A stretch of 64,000 nt of DNA from Paludibacteraceae bacterium (GTDB lineage Bacteria > Bacteroidota > Bacteroidia > Bacteroidales > Paludibacteraceae), in contig JAFRNH010000008.1 of assembly GCA_017430235.1 (NCBI GenBank), forward strand, positions 2,173-66,172, read 5' to 3'. Shown piece after piece: positions 41,177-50,899 of the stretch (position 1 is its first letter; each line of letters begins with the position of its first letter). The position numbers were made by a program, and so were the translations under genes. The notes beneath the pieces are model-generated. The model was not told the origin of the DNA, did no database searches, and saw only the letters and a program-made list of their open reading frames with translations.

Positions 41177-42697
41177 ATGAAGAAGACAAATTTACTCTTA
41201 TTATTAGCAATCGTATGCTACATTAGTGGTTTTGCCAATGACAGATACTATCTAATCAAAGATGGACGACTCCAAAATGGAGCCACAATCGAACCTTCTG
41301 AGATTTTCCAAGAATTTGCAGAAGGAGATGGTTACGCCACAGTCAAACACACAATCCTTTTTTCAACCGCAAAACTCACAGGTATGCAAGGACTGCATGT
41401 CGGCACTAAAAATCTAATTATAGAGTATGCTGTTGATCCTATAAATCTCTATGGAGAAGAAGAATCCGTTAACAGATTTGATCCAGCTATTATGATAAAC
41501 TGTGTTTCAGACGAGAACTCTAAATTCAACTTAGACGCATATAAGATCATCAATCCTGATGATGCCTCCCAACCAACCACCGTCGAACCATACATGATAA
41601 GCATTAATTACATAGATGCCAAAGGAGAAGGGTGCGACAAAGAATGGAACAAATACGAGGGATTCACATACGCACGAAACAACGAAGAGGTGAAGGCTGT
41701 CTTTGTTTCTTACATGCACGAATACGAGCACTACCCAACAGATGGAGTCCTTAAAATAAAAAATCTGTACTTTGAAACCAATACAGAGGAACATCCTATT
41801 TATGGTTGTCAATTCGATTCTTATGACACATGGACCGAAAAAATGAGCATGAATAGTTATATTTCACGAGTACAAAGAAGAATAGATCCATCTGATTCAA
41901 CTGGGAAAACTTACGTAAAAGATGAAAATGGGAAAATTATCTATGACACATTAGACATGAGAAAACAATATTTCCAGGATGGTCTTGCTCTCACTTGCGA
42001 CAGCTGCCAAATATACTATGAAACATGTTACGTATATGATGAAAAAGTTCTGGAATATGAGAAAAAATATCCCGTGTCTGAATTACGTTCTTCTTTATCT
42101 GTAATGGAAGATTCTAAAACATTATATTTCAAGGATATACCATTGTCTGAAGATGTTATAAAGGCAGGTAAGATAAAAGTATCATGTATCGCAAAAATCA
42201 ATCCTCGATTATTTAACGGTGAACCAGAAAAGGAGAAAGCTAACATCAAGCCAATACCCATCTATCTGAAGTTCGACAACTCGGAAGATGCCGTCGCAGC
42301 ATTTATAGATACAGCTTTTCAATATGTCTGGTCAAAAACATCTGGAGAATTTGAAATTCCTGCAGGAGCAAAGAGCGTAACAGTCGAATTCAGATCAAGA
42401 CCAAATCTCAACTACTTGGTTGACTATTTCTTGATCTCTTATAATGGTTCAGCAAACAATGCTCTTATGACCATCAACAGCGATGGAAAAACAATTTCCA
42501 TCTACCCTAATCCAGTAGATAACGAGATACTTTTCAATAGCAATGAAAAAATTGAAAGCGTAGAAATCGTCTCTCTGAACGGCAAAGTTATGACGTGCAA
42601 AGCAGAGAACAACCGTGTGAACGTTTCTTCATTGGCTTCAGGTGAATATATCATCATCGTCAACAAAAACATCACCAGCAAATTTGTCAAAAAATAG
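41177..42697 (+). CDS. secreted protein of unknown function with a T9SS C-terminal sorting domain
   Basis: 506 aa with a signal peptide and a C-terminal roughly 75-aa Por-secretion-tail pattern (ISIYPNPVDNEILF...GEYIIIVN). Confidence 0.7.
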   Translation: MKKTNLLLLLAIVCYISGFANDRYYLIKDGRLQNGATIEPSEIFQEFAEGDGYATVKHTILFSTAKLTGMQGLHVGTKNLIIEYAVDPINLYGEEESVNRFDPAIMINCVSDENSKFNLDAYKIINPDDASQPTTVEPYMISINYIDAKGEGCDKEWNKYEGFTYARNNEEVKAVFVSYMHEYEHYPTDGVLKIKNLYFETNTEEHPIYGCQFDSYDTWTEKMSMNSYISRVQRRIDPSDSTGKTYVKDENGKIIYDTLDMRKQYFQDGLALTCDSCQIYYETCYVYDEKVLEYEKKYPVSELRSSLSVMEDSKTLYFKDIPLSEDVIKAGKIKVSCIAKINPRLFNGEPEKEKANIKPIPIYLKFDNSEDAVAAFIDTAFQYVWSKTSGEFEIPAGAKSVTVEFRSRPNLNYLVDYFLISYNGSANNALMTINSDGKTISIYPNPVDNEILFNSNEKIESVEIVSLNGKVMTCKAENNRVNVSSLASGEYIIIVNKNITSKFVKK

Positions 42698-42760
42698 TAG
42701 AGACGCACGGCCGTGCGTCTCCACATGGCCGTGCATTTCTATATATCCGTGCGTCTCCAC
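42697..42760. repeat. composite REP-like array (one near-perfect copy plus two partial copies)
   Basis: GTAGAGACGCACGGCCGTGCGTCTCCAC, then ATGGCCGTGCATTTCTAT, then ATATCCGTGCGTCTCCAC. The first G is shared with the TAG stop of the T9SS cargo gene. Confidence 0.85.
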
Positions 42761-42816
42761 AAAATGGAACCGAGCCAAATTCAAATATATTTTTTATTAC
42801 CCCAATAAATAATTGA

Positions 42817-43227
42817 TTATTCTACGATCGTAGCCACTAGTTTTCTTCGACCTCCATAATTACGAAACTCACACAAATAGATACCTTGCCACGTACCTAA
42901 ATTCAGTCTGCCATTTGTAATCGGAATCGAAAGACTCACCCCCACCACCGTTGATTTAGCATGGGCAGGCATATCATCCAAACCTTCCAACGTATGGTCG
43001 TAATAGGTCTCCCCCTCTTTTATCATACGATCAAAGATTTTCGCCATATCCGACCGCACATCTGGGTCTGCATTCTCATTGATGGACAAACCACAACTGG
43101 TATGTTTCACAAACAAATGGAGCATTCCCACTTGTGGCAACGGACTAGGCAAATGCGAGAGGACCTCATTAGTGATCAAATGAAATCCTCTCGATTTTTC
43201 AGACAACGCAAATTCTACTTGTCTCAT
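42817..43227 (-). CDS. yjbQ: YjbQ/UPF0047 family protein (secondary thiamine-phosphate synthase)
   Basis: 136 aa with the conserved HTSCGLSINENADPDV and GTWQGIYLCEF motifs. Confidence 0.85.
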   Translation of the reverse strand: MRQVEFALSEKSRGFHLITNEVLSHLPSPLPQVGMLHLFVKHTSCGLSINENADPDVRSDMAKIFDRMIKEGETYYDHTLEGLDDMPAHAKSTVVGVSLSIPITNGRLNLGTWQGIYLCEFRNYGGRRKLVATIVE

Positions 43228-43241
43228 CTGTTCTGATTCTT

Positions 43242-43895
43242 TTATTCTACATCATTCAGTGCCTTGACCGATTCTGATTTTACCAACCAAGCAACGGCAA
43301 AAGCTGTCAGCATAATGAATTCACAGAACCATGTATATGGAAACCATGCAGGCACCCATGCAAAAATTGGCGTCTTATGCAAAGCCAAGCATACAGCAAA
43401 GACAAATATCACAATGCCACATACCTTATACACAATATTTCTTTGTCTTTTCTTCTCATTATTTACATTGCCAAGCGTAAACAAAAACAAAATATTTACA
43501 GCGAAAGCAAAGAACAAAACCGATGCTGCCACCATGTGAATCGTATGACTAACATTTATCGGCAAATCAAACATACCTACCGTCTCAGGAGCCCCTGGTA
43601 CCCTACAAGGAAAGACAACCACCAACAAACAACACAACGACTGAATAATAGCCATCACCCGATCGCGCCAGTCATACCCTGTATAACACATAAAGAATAC
43701 AGAAGCTGTAAACAGTAATCCAATCATCCATACTTTGGACGATGCATAATACGTGGCACTGACACTCATATACCATCCTTCCATATTATGTTCTGCACCG
43801 AACAATCCAAATAAAAGACAAGCAGGTGCCAATACTCCACAAAGTATTCCTAACATCTTACGTAGGAACAAATAATTTTTTACTTCTTCTTTCAT
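43242..43895 (-). CDS. hypothetical integral membrane protein
   Basis: 217 aa with about six predicted TM segments. No recognised motif. Confidence 0.6.
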   Translation of the reverse strand: MKEEVKNYLFLRKMLGILCGVLAPACLLFGLFGAEHNMEGWYMSVSATYYASSKVWMIGLLFTASVFFMCYTGYDWRDRVMAIIQSLCCLLVVVFPCRVPGAPETVGMFDLPINVSHTIHMVAASVLFFAFAVNILFLFTLGNVNNEKKRQRNIVYKVCGIVIFVFAVCLALHKTPIFAWVPAWFPYTWFCEFIMLTAFAVAWLVKSESVKALNDVE

Positions 43896-43945
43896 TATCG
43901 TTACAATATATTGTATTATTGTTATTTGCCAATATAATCCATAAT

Positions 43946-43966
43946 GGTGAGACTATAAATTCATTT
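43946..43966 (+). repeat. truncated or degenerate 21-bp box (copy 4)
   Basis: GGTGAGACTATAAATTCATTT, followed within about 15 nt by the REP-like array at 43982. Confidence 0.4.
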
Positions 43967-43981
43967 CGATTCCCTTTTTTT

Positions 43982-44066
43982 GTAGAGACACAATGCTTTG
44001 CGTCTTTTTTACAGAAACAATGTACGTTAGTATCTTTTATAAAAACGATGTGCACATCGTCTCTAC
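43982..44066. repeat. composite REP-like array (three degenerate copies)
   Basis: GTAGAGACACAATGCTTTGCGTCTTTTTTAC, a very degenerate middle unit, then AAAAACGATGTGCACATCGTCTCTAC. Confidence 0.7.
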
Positions 44067-44099
44067 AGCCGGAAGCGATAATCACCTAATTTTAATTAT

Positions 44100-45230
44100 T
44101 TATAGAGTCCCTTTAGTCGAAGGCAACTCATATTTATAGATGTCTCGTTTCACCGCCATTTTAATGGAACGGGCCAAAGCTTTAAAGATACCTTCAATCT
44201 TATGATGCTCATTTTCACCTTCAGCCTTAATATTCAGATTCATTTTAGCTGAATCGCTCAACGACTTAAAGAAATGCAAGAACATCTCCGTAGGCATATC
44301 ACCCACATACTCACGCTTAAATTCAGCATTCCAAACCAACCATGGTCTGCCACCGAAATCCAATGCCACAGAGCATAAGCAATCATCCATTGGAAGGCAA
44401 TAGCCATAGCGTTCAATACCTCTTTTATCACCCAATGCTTTTAACAAAGCTTCTCCCAATGCAATAGCCGTATCCTCAATGGTATGGTGTTCATCCACAT
44501 TCAAATCACCCTTCACACGAACAGTCAAATCGCAACCAGAGTGTTTGCCAATCTGTTCCAACATGTGATCAAAGAAACCAAGTCCTGATGAGATCTCGCA
44601 TTTGCCTGTTCCATCCAAATTCACTTGAACAAAGATATCTGTCTCCTTCGTCGTGCGTTGTACCGTTGCCACACGTTCTCCTGCAAATAAGAATTCAGCA
44701 ATTTGATCCCAACAATCAACAACCTTTGCACAAGCGTCGGTCAATTGTTCATCTTCCACCATCTTCCGACCCTCTTCAATAGAAGGAGCTATCAAGATGG
44801 CCTTGCAACCAAGATTCTTTGCCAACATCACATCAGTCAGGCGATCACCAATCACAAAAGAGCGACTCATATCATACGAGCCATCCATATACTCAGTGAG
44901 CATAGCCGTACCTGGTTTACGCGTAGGCTGGTTATCCTCTAAGAATGTCTTATCAATAAATATCTTATCAAATTCGACTCCCTCCCCCTTTAGGGTTTCC
45001 AACAATTTTGATTGAACCGTATCGAAGTTAACCTGAGGATAAATCGGCGTACCCAATCCATCCTGATTCGACACCATCACCAATTCATGCGAAAGTTTCT
45101 GTCGAATAAAATACAAATTACGCATGACCCCCGGAAGGAATGTCATTTGATCCAAGCGGTCCACTTGAAAGGTAACAGGAGGTTCAACTATAAGAGTACC
45201 ATCTCTATCAATAAAAAGAGCCGTTTTAAT
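44100..45230 (-). CDS. hisB: bifunctional histidinol-phosphatase / imidazoleglycerol-phosphate dehydratase
   Basis: The C-terminal IGPD half and the HAD half are clear. The track starts at GTG 45164, but the in-frame upstream codons read [23 protein letters not shown], which includes HAD motif I. The 5' end is therefore extended to the ATT at 45230; see the hisB finding. Confidence 0.85.
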   Translation of the reverse strand: MKTALFIDRDGTLIVEPPVTFQVDRLDQMTFLPGVMRNLYFIRQKLSHELVMVSNQDGLGTPIYPQVNFDTVQSKLLETLKGEGVEFDKIFIDKTFLEDNQPTRKPGTAMLTEYMDGSYDMSRSFVIGDRLTDVMLAKNLGCKAILIAPSIEEGRKMVEDEQLTDACAKVVDCWDQIAEFLFAGERVATVQRTTKETDIFVQVNLDGTGKCEISSGLGFFDHMLEQIGKHSGCDLTVRVKGDLNVDEHHTIEDTAIALGEALLKALGDKRGIERYGYCLPMDDCLCSVALDFGGRPWLVWNAEFKREYVGDMPTEMFLHFFKSLSDSAKMNLNIKAEGENEHHKIEGIFKALARSIKMAVKRDIYKYELPSTKGTL

Positions 45231-45577
45231 ATTTTAAATCATTTTTTAAACATTATCATAAAAGGTCGGAGTTATAAATTCATAATTCTAAGAACTCACC
45301 AGAATTAAGGAATGCAAAAATAATAAAAAACAGCAAACCCAAAAGTTTAAATAAAAAAACGCAACAGATAATTTGAATAAAAATTCAGAACAAAAAGTCC
45401 CACAGGAAACACAAAAAAGTCCTAAAAACAAAGAGTATATCGAGGCAGAAGAGGTAAAAAAAAATTTTTTTCTAATATTTTGTGAATATTTTTTCCATTC
45501 GAAACAATTATTCTTCGCAAAAAAATACGTAAATTTGGAAAATTAATTTAACAAAAAACATAAGCTTAATAGAAAGT

Positions 45578-45841
45578 ATGGAAAAACTTTTTGAATCGCT
45601 CCAACTAATGGTAATTGGATTAACGACCGTGTTCTCGGTGTTACTACTTGTAATTTATTTGGGAAAAGGGCTTATCGCTTTGGTGAACAAAATTGCACCT
45701 GAAGAAGAAAAGCCTAAAGCTGTAGCCAATAATGTTTCTGCGAGCAACGTGGTAGACCCGAACGTGGCACAAGCTATCAATATGGCTATCAGTCAGCTAA
45801 CAGCTGGTAAATCCCAAGCGACAAAGATCGAAAGGATATAA
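45578..45841 (+). CDS. oadG: Na+-translocating decarboxylase gamma subunit (OadG-like)
   Basis: 87 aa with a single N-terminal TM segment, immediately upstream of the alpha and beta subunits. Confidence 0.7.
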   Translation: MEKLFESLQLMVIGLTTVFSVLLLVIYLGKGLIALVNKIAPEEEKPKAVANNVSASNVVDPNVAQAINMAISQLTAGKSQATKIERI

Positions 45842-45927
45842 GAAAATTTAGATATAACTTAAATCTCTTAAAAAAGAATAATTAATCGGGGAAGAGAGCG
45901 CCCCCACCATTAACAATTAATTATAAA

Positions 45928-47760
45928 ATGGCTAAAGAAGTAAAATTTAGTCTCGTTTTCAGAGACATGTGGCAAGCAGCTGGCAAGTACGTACCGCGTG
46001 TTGACCAACTGGTGAAAGTAGCACCTGCCATCATTAAGATGGGATGCTTTGACAGAGTAGAAACAAACGGAGGTGGTTTTGAGCAAGTCAACCTTCTCTA
46101 TGGAGAAAACCCCAACAAAGCAGTTCGTGAATGGACGAAACCATTCCATGATGCTGGCATTCAAACACACATGTTAGACCGTGCATTGAACGGACTTCGT
46201 ATGAGCCCCGTTCCTGCAGACGTACGTAAACTATTCTATCAAGTAAAGAAAAAACAAGGAACTGATATCACTCGTACATTCTGTGGATTGAATGATACCC
46301 GTAACATCATTCCTTCTATTGGATACGCTCACGATGGTGGCATGATTTCTCAATGTTGTCTTTGCATCACTTACTCTCCTATTCACACTGTTGAATATTA
46401 TACAAACATTGCAAAAGAGTTGATTGATGCTGGTTGTGATGAAATCTGCTTGAAAGATATGGCAGGAATCGGACGTCCTGCTTTCTTAGGAGAATTAACT
46501 AAAAACATCAAAGCAATCAAAGATATCACTATTCAATATCACAGTCACGCAGGACCTGGTTTTAACATGGCTTCTATTTTGGAAGTCTGCAAAGCTGGTT
46601 GCGACTACGTAGACGTTGGTATGGAACCTCTTTCATGGGGTACAGGACATGCAGATGTCATCGCCGTACAAGCCATGTTGAAAGATGCAGGTTTCAAAGT
46701 GAAAGAGATCAACATGAGCGCATACATGGAGGCTCGTTCACTCATCATCGAGATGATGGATGACTTCTTGGGATATTACATTCCACCTCGTAACCGTATG
46801 ATGAACTCATTATTGATCGGTCCAGGTCTTCCTGGCGGTATGATGGGATCATTGATGACTGACTTGGAGACCAACCTCGAATCCATCAACAAATGGAAAG
46901 AGAAGAACGGCAAGCCTAAGATGAGTCAAGATGAATTGTTGATCAAACTATTCGATGAAGTTAAATATGTATGGCCTATGATGGGTTATCCTTGTTTGGT
47001 AACTCCATTCTCTCAATATGTGAAGAACATGGCATTGATGAACGTGATGCAAATGGAAAAAGGCAAAGAGCGTTGGACCATCATTGCAGACGAGATTTGG
47101 GATATGATGTTAGGAAAATCCGGAAAATTGCCTGGCCCATTGGCTCCTGAATTGGAAGCTATTGCTAAAGAGCAAGGAAGAGAATTCCATACAGAAGACC
47201 CTCAAAGCAACTTCCCTGATGCACTCGACACCTTCCGCGAGGAGATGAAGAAAGAGAATTGGGATTTGGGACAAGACAACGAGGAACTCTTCGAGTTGGC
47301 TATGCACCCACAACAATATCGTGCATACAAATCAGGCAAGGCAAAAAGAGACTTCTTGGCAGACCTCGAAGAGAGAAAAGCAAAGAGAGCTGCAGTAAAA
47401 GGTGGTGTAGAATTGCCTCAAACCATAGTTGTTGATGTAAACGGAGTGAAGTACAACGTAACAGTCGGAGCAAACAACGGAGAGAATGCCAGCGCACCTG
47501 CAGGTGGATCAGTAGCCATCACTGGTGAAGGAAACGATTTGTTGTCACCATTGGAAGGTAAAGCTTACTTAATAAAGAATGCAGGAGAGGTTCCTGTAAA
47601 AGTGGGCGACACCGTTAAGAAAGGCCAAGTTGTATGTTACGTGGAATCCATGAAAAACTTCAACGCTATTTCTGCTGAAGCTGATGGTGTCATCACTCAA
47701 ATCTGCTTCACAAGCGGTGCTTCTGTAGCCGAGGATGATGTATTAATGAAAATCAAATAA
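45928..47760 (+). CDS. oadA: oxaloacetate decarboxylase alpha subunit (carboxyltransferase plus biotinyl carrier domain)
   Basis: 610 aa with a 5S/PycB-like TIM-barrel N-terminus and a C-terminal biotinyl domain (VCYVESMKNFNAI). Confidence 0.85.
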   Translation: MAKEVKFSLVFRDMWQAAGKYVPRVDQLVKVAPAIIKMGCFDRVETNGGGFEQVNLLYGENPNKAVREWTKPFHDAGIQTHMLDRALNGLRMSPVPADVRKLFYQVKKKQGTDITRTFCGLNDTRNIIPSIGYAHDGGMISQCCLCITYSPIHTVEYYTNIAKELIDAGCDEICLKDMAGIGRPAFLGELTKNIKAIKDITIQYHSHAGPGFNMASILEVCKAGCDYVDVGMEPLSWGTGHADVIAVQAMLKDAGFKVKEINMSAYMEARSLIIEMMDDFLGYYIPPRNRMMNSLLIGPGLPGGMMGSLMTDLETNLESINKWKEKNGKPKMSQDELLIKLFDEVKYVWPMMGYPCLVTPFSQYVKNMALMNVMQMEKGKERWTIIADEIWDMMLGKSGKLPGPLAPELEAIAKEQGREFHTEDPQSNFPDALDTFREEMKKENWDLGQDNEELFELAMHPQQYRAYKSGKAKRDFLADLEERKAKRAAVKGGVELPQTIVVDVNGVKYNVTVGANNGENASAPAGGSVAITGEGNDLLSPLEGKAYLIKNAGEVPVKVGDTVKKGQVVCYVESMKNFNAISAEADGVITQICFTSGASVAEDDVLMKIK

Positions 47761-47768
47761 AAGAAGTC

Positions 47769-49052
47769 ATGGTAGAAATATTAGAAAAAATATATGGCAT
47801 GACGGCGATTGGCAACTTCGTCGAGCAGCCTTTATATATCGTAATGATTCTTTTGGCCTTCGTCCTACTCTATTTGGGTATCAAGAAGGAGTTTGAGCCA
47901 TTGCTTTTAGTACCTATTGCTTTTGGTGTATTGATTGCCAACTTCCCAGGTGGAGGTATGGGCGTATACGCTGCCTTAGATACAACTTACAATGGTGTTC
48001 TCTACCATAATGCTGTGACATTTCCTGATGGCTCTTTATGGTGTGATGCAAATGGCATTCCTTACAACATCTATGAAGTGGGATTACCTCTAATCGCACA
48101 TGACTTAGGTATCATGAACTATCTTTATTACGCATTGATTAAGTCGGGTTTGTTGCCACCAATCATCTTCATGGGTGTAGGTGCGTTGACAGATTTCGGA
48201 CCAATGTTGCGTAACTTGAAGTTGGCTATCTTTGGTGCAGGTGCTCAATTTGGTATCTTCGCTGTACTGATAGTTGCAAGTCAATTCTTCACAATGCAAG
48301 AGGCTGGTTCCTTGGCTATCATCGGTGGTGCTGACGGACCTACCGCCATCTTCACCACATTGAAGTTGGCTCCTCACATGTTGGGTCCTATCGCCATTGC
48401 CGCTTATTCATACATGGCATTGGTACCTGTGATTATTCCATTGGTAGTAAAATTAACATGTAGAGAAAGCGAGTTAAAGATCAACATGAGAGAACAAGAC
48501 AAACTATTCCCTAACAAGCAAGAGTTTAAGAACTTGAGAGTGTTGAAGATCCTCTTCCCTATTGCAGTAACAGCAATTGTGGCTATCATCGTTCCTGATG
48601 CTGTTGCATTGGTAGGTATGTTGATGTTCGGTAACTTGATCAAGGAGATTGGAAACAACACCTCTCGTTTGTTCAATGCAGCATCTAATGGTATCATGAA
48701 TGCAGCAACCATCTTCTTAGGACTTTGCGTTGGTGCTACAATGACAGTAGACGCATTCTTGAATTGGCAGACAATCATGATCGTTGCTGGTGGTTTCTGT
48801 GCGTTTGGTTTCTCTATCTTCGGAGGTATCATGTTAGTAAAGATCATGAATTTCTTCTCAAAGAAGAAGATCAATCCATTGATTGGTGCAACTGGTTTGA
48901 GTGCCGTTCCTATGGCTTCTCGTGTTGCTAATGAGATCGCTTTGAAGTATGATCCACGCAACCACGTGCTCAACTATTGTATGTCATCCAACGTGGCTGG
49001 TGTCATCGGTTCTGCGGTTGCTGCCGGTATCTTGATTAAATTCTTAGGATAA
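47769..49052 (+). CDS. oadB: Na+-translocating decarboxylase beta subunit
   Basis: 427-aa polytopic membrane protein of OadB/GcdB type (IIGGADGPTAIF). Confidence 0.88.
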   Translation: MVEILEKIYGMTAIGNFVEQPLYIVMILLAFVLLYLGIKKEFEPLLLVPIAFGVLIANFPGGGMGVYAALDTTYNGVLYHNAVTFPDGSLWCDANGIPYNIYEVGLPLIAHDLGIMNYLYYALIKSGLLPPIIFMGVGALTDFGPMLRNLKLAIFGAGAQFGIFAVLIVASQFFTMQEAGSLAIIGGADGPTAIFTTLKLAPHMLGPIAIAAYSYMALVPVIIPLVVKLTCRESELKINMREQDKLFPNKQEFKNLRVLKILFPIAVTAIVAIIVPDAVALVGMLMFGNLIKEIGNNTSRLFNAASNGIMNAATIFLGLCVGATMTVDAFLNWQTIMIVAGGFCAFGFSIFGGIMLVKIMNFFSKKKINPLIGATGLSAVPMASRVANEIALKYDPRNHVLNYCMSSNVAGVIGSAVAAGILIKFLG

Positions 49053-49069
49053 AAACAATGACATTCATA

Positions 49070-49102
49070 AGGGAACTGCTCTCTGGGTAGTTCCCTTTTT
49101 TA
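49070..49102 (+). terminator. intrinsic terminator after oadB
   Basis: GGGAACT-GCTCTCTGGGT-AGTTCCC followed by TTTTTTATTTT. Confidence 0.8.
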
Positions 49103-49171
49103 TTTTAACAGACATTTTTCGGCGATTTATAAAATTCTCTTTCTCAGGGATCCTCAATAAAAATACTTCGT

Positions 49172-50080
49172 ATGACTCCCAAATACTCAAATGAAAAATA
49201 TTGGTTTGACTTTGCCTCTCAAAACATCGGGCAACCCATCGACATCTTTTATGTCTACCCGACCATCAACTCCGAGCCTTTGAGTAACCGTGGCAGTGTG
49301 CCCTCCTACACCGACATCAAAAGAGCTGAAGTACGTAACGCCGCACGCAAAAATCAAGCCTATATTAAATCTGTCTATGCTGACGGAGATTTCAACTTTT
49401 ATGCACCCTACTACCGTCAGATGACCACCAAAGTTTTTGAAATGAGTCACACCGAGAGAAACGAACGTGCCAAACTATCCGTGTCGGATGTCAGACGCGC
49501 TTTTCAATATTATATGCGAGAATTCAACAACGGACGTCCCTATATTTTATTAAGTCACAGTCAGGGTTCTCAAATGCTTTTGGAACTACTAAAGCATGGC
49601 ATGACAGACAAGCAGTTCAGTCAAATGATTGCCGCCTATCTGATAGGCTTTGAAATCACTGAAAAAGATTTACAGAAATTCCCCAAAAGAATAATACCTG
49701 CCCAAGGAGAGTTGGACAAAGGTGTTGTGATTTCCTTTAATTCTGCCACCTCCGTTCAGGCTAAATCTCCCCTACTTGCCAACACAGTCGTCTGCATCAA
49801 TCCCCTCAATTGGAAAACAGACGAAACATTAGCACCTGCCTCCATGCACAAAGGAATTATTCGATACGATAAAAAAGCACAAGGATACAAGACCACACCT
49901 GAATTCACAAGTGTGCAAATACAAGACCACCTTCTTGTCTGCAAAGAAGTCGACCCATCCATCTGTTACAACGATAAAATCAAAGCACCGTTTCCATTGG
50001 GCAATTTGCATTTCGCCGACACATGGTTGTATGCCGCTAATTTAAAAGAAAACATGAGGAAAAGAAGTGGGTTATTATGA
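49172..50080 (+). CDS. alpha/beta-hydrolase-like protein (DUF3089-like) with no signal peptide
   Basis: 302 aa with a nucleophile-elbow-like SHSQGS. The reading frame is closed by TAA at 49130..49132, so no N-terminal signal peptide can be encoded. Family name recalled, not verified. Confidence 0.55.
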   Translation: MTPKYSNEKYWFDFASQNIGQPIDIFYVYPTINSEPLSNRGSVPSYTDIKRAEVRNAARKNQAYIKSVYADGDFNFYAPYYRQMTTKVFEMSHTERNERAKLSVSDVRRAFQYYMREFNNGRPYILLSHSQGSQMLLELLKHGMTDKQFSQMIAAYLIGFEITEKDLQKFPKRIIPAQGELDKGVVISFNSATSVQAKSPLLANTVVCINPLNWKTDETLAPASMHKGIIRYDKKAQGYKTTPEFTSVQIQDHLLVCKEVDPSICYNDKIKAPFPLGNLHFADTWLYAANLKENMRKRSGLL

Positions 50081-50101
50081 TTTTAAAGTCTTGTAATTAA
50101 A

Positions 50102-50899
50102 ATGAAAATCATTCATAGAATTGTGTTTAGACCAGACAAGACTCAAAGAAGAGTTTTGCAAGAGATTGGTATTCCTGTACCGCCAAACGAAGACCTTCCT
50201 GTTTTCGAATTTGATGAGGAACACGAAAAACTAATCAGTTTAAAACCTTATATAGACAAATGGCAATTGGTTGATAACGTCAGGACAGAGTTTACAAAAA
50301 AAGAATTAGACGCTGCATCTTTTTTGAGATGGTTTCCTCTATGGATGAACGGTTATCCAATGCCCGATGATGATTTTGGCTATATTGGTACTACATTCCA
50401 AAAACAAGGATATTGTGAAGTGTGTGGAAGCGGGTTGGTTCAGCAATCTTCGTTTAGGTTGAGGAAAGCGCCCAACTGGGGTTCTAAAAAAATTTTTGGT
50501 CTCAATTGGGTTTATGACGAAGTTTTCGTTCGAAAAGATGTATATGAGACCGTTTTTAAGAAATATGGGATAGAATCAATGCCTGTATTGCTTTACAAAA
50601 AAGATGTTATTATTGAAGATACAGTACAATTAATTATACCAACAACAGATGCATATTCAAACTTAGAAGAACAGCCTTATGAAATCTGTAAAACATGTGG
50701 GATGAAGCGATATAATCCCAAAACAAAAGGTTTTTTCCCCTCTTTTAAAGATTCTGTAACTGGGTTGCACTTATTCAAAGGCCGAGAATGGTTCGGAAGT
50801 GGAGCTATGTCATATAAGCAAATCTTTGTCTCACAAGAATTGCGACAGGAAATGATTAAATATCAAATAAAATCAGATTTCGACCCTGTCAATCAGTAA
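50102..50899 (+). CDS. double-CXXCG motif protein
   Basis: 265 aa with two CxxCG motifs, CEVCG (aa 105-109) and CKTCG (aa 196-200). Starts 21 nt after the preceding gene. Confidence 0.55.
   Translation: MKIIHRIVFRPDKTQRRVLQEIGIPVPPNEDLPVFEFDEEHEKLISLKPYIDKWQLVDNVRTEFTKKELDAASFLRWFPLWMNGYPMPDDDFGYIGTTFQKQGYCEVCGSGLVQQSSFRLRKAPNWGSKKIFGLNWVYDEVFVRKDVYETVFKKYGIESMPVLLYKKDVIIEDTVQLIIPTTDAYSNLEEQPYEICKTCGMKRYNPKTKGFFPSFKDSVTGLHLFKGREWFGSGAMSYKQIFVSQELRQEMIKYQIKSDFDPVNQ

Noticed and set aside
48404-48973. 189-aa ORF on the minus strand inside oadB
   Set aside because: It is fully antisense to a confidently identified membrane subunit gene. Its composition is low-complexity and it has no recognisable motif or independent start context. 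Long antisense frames like this are typical in genes with biased codon usage.
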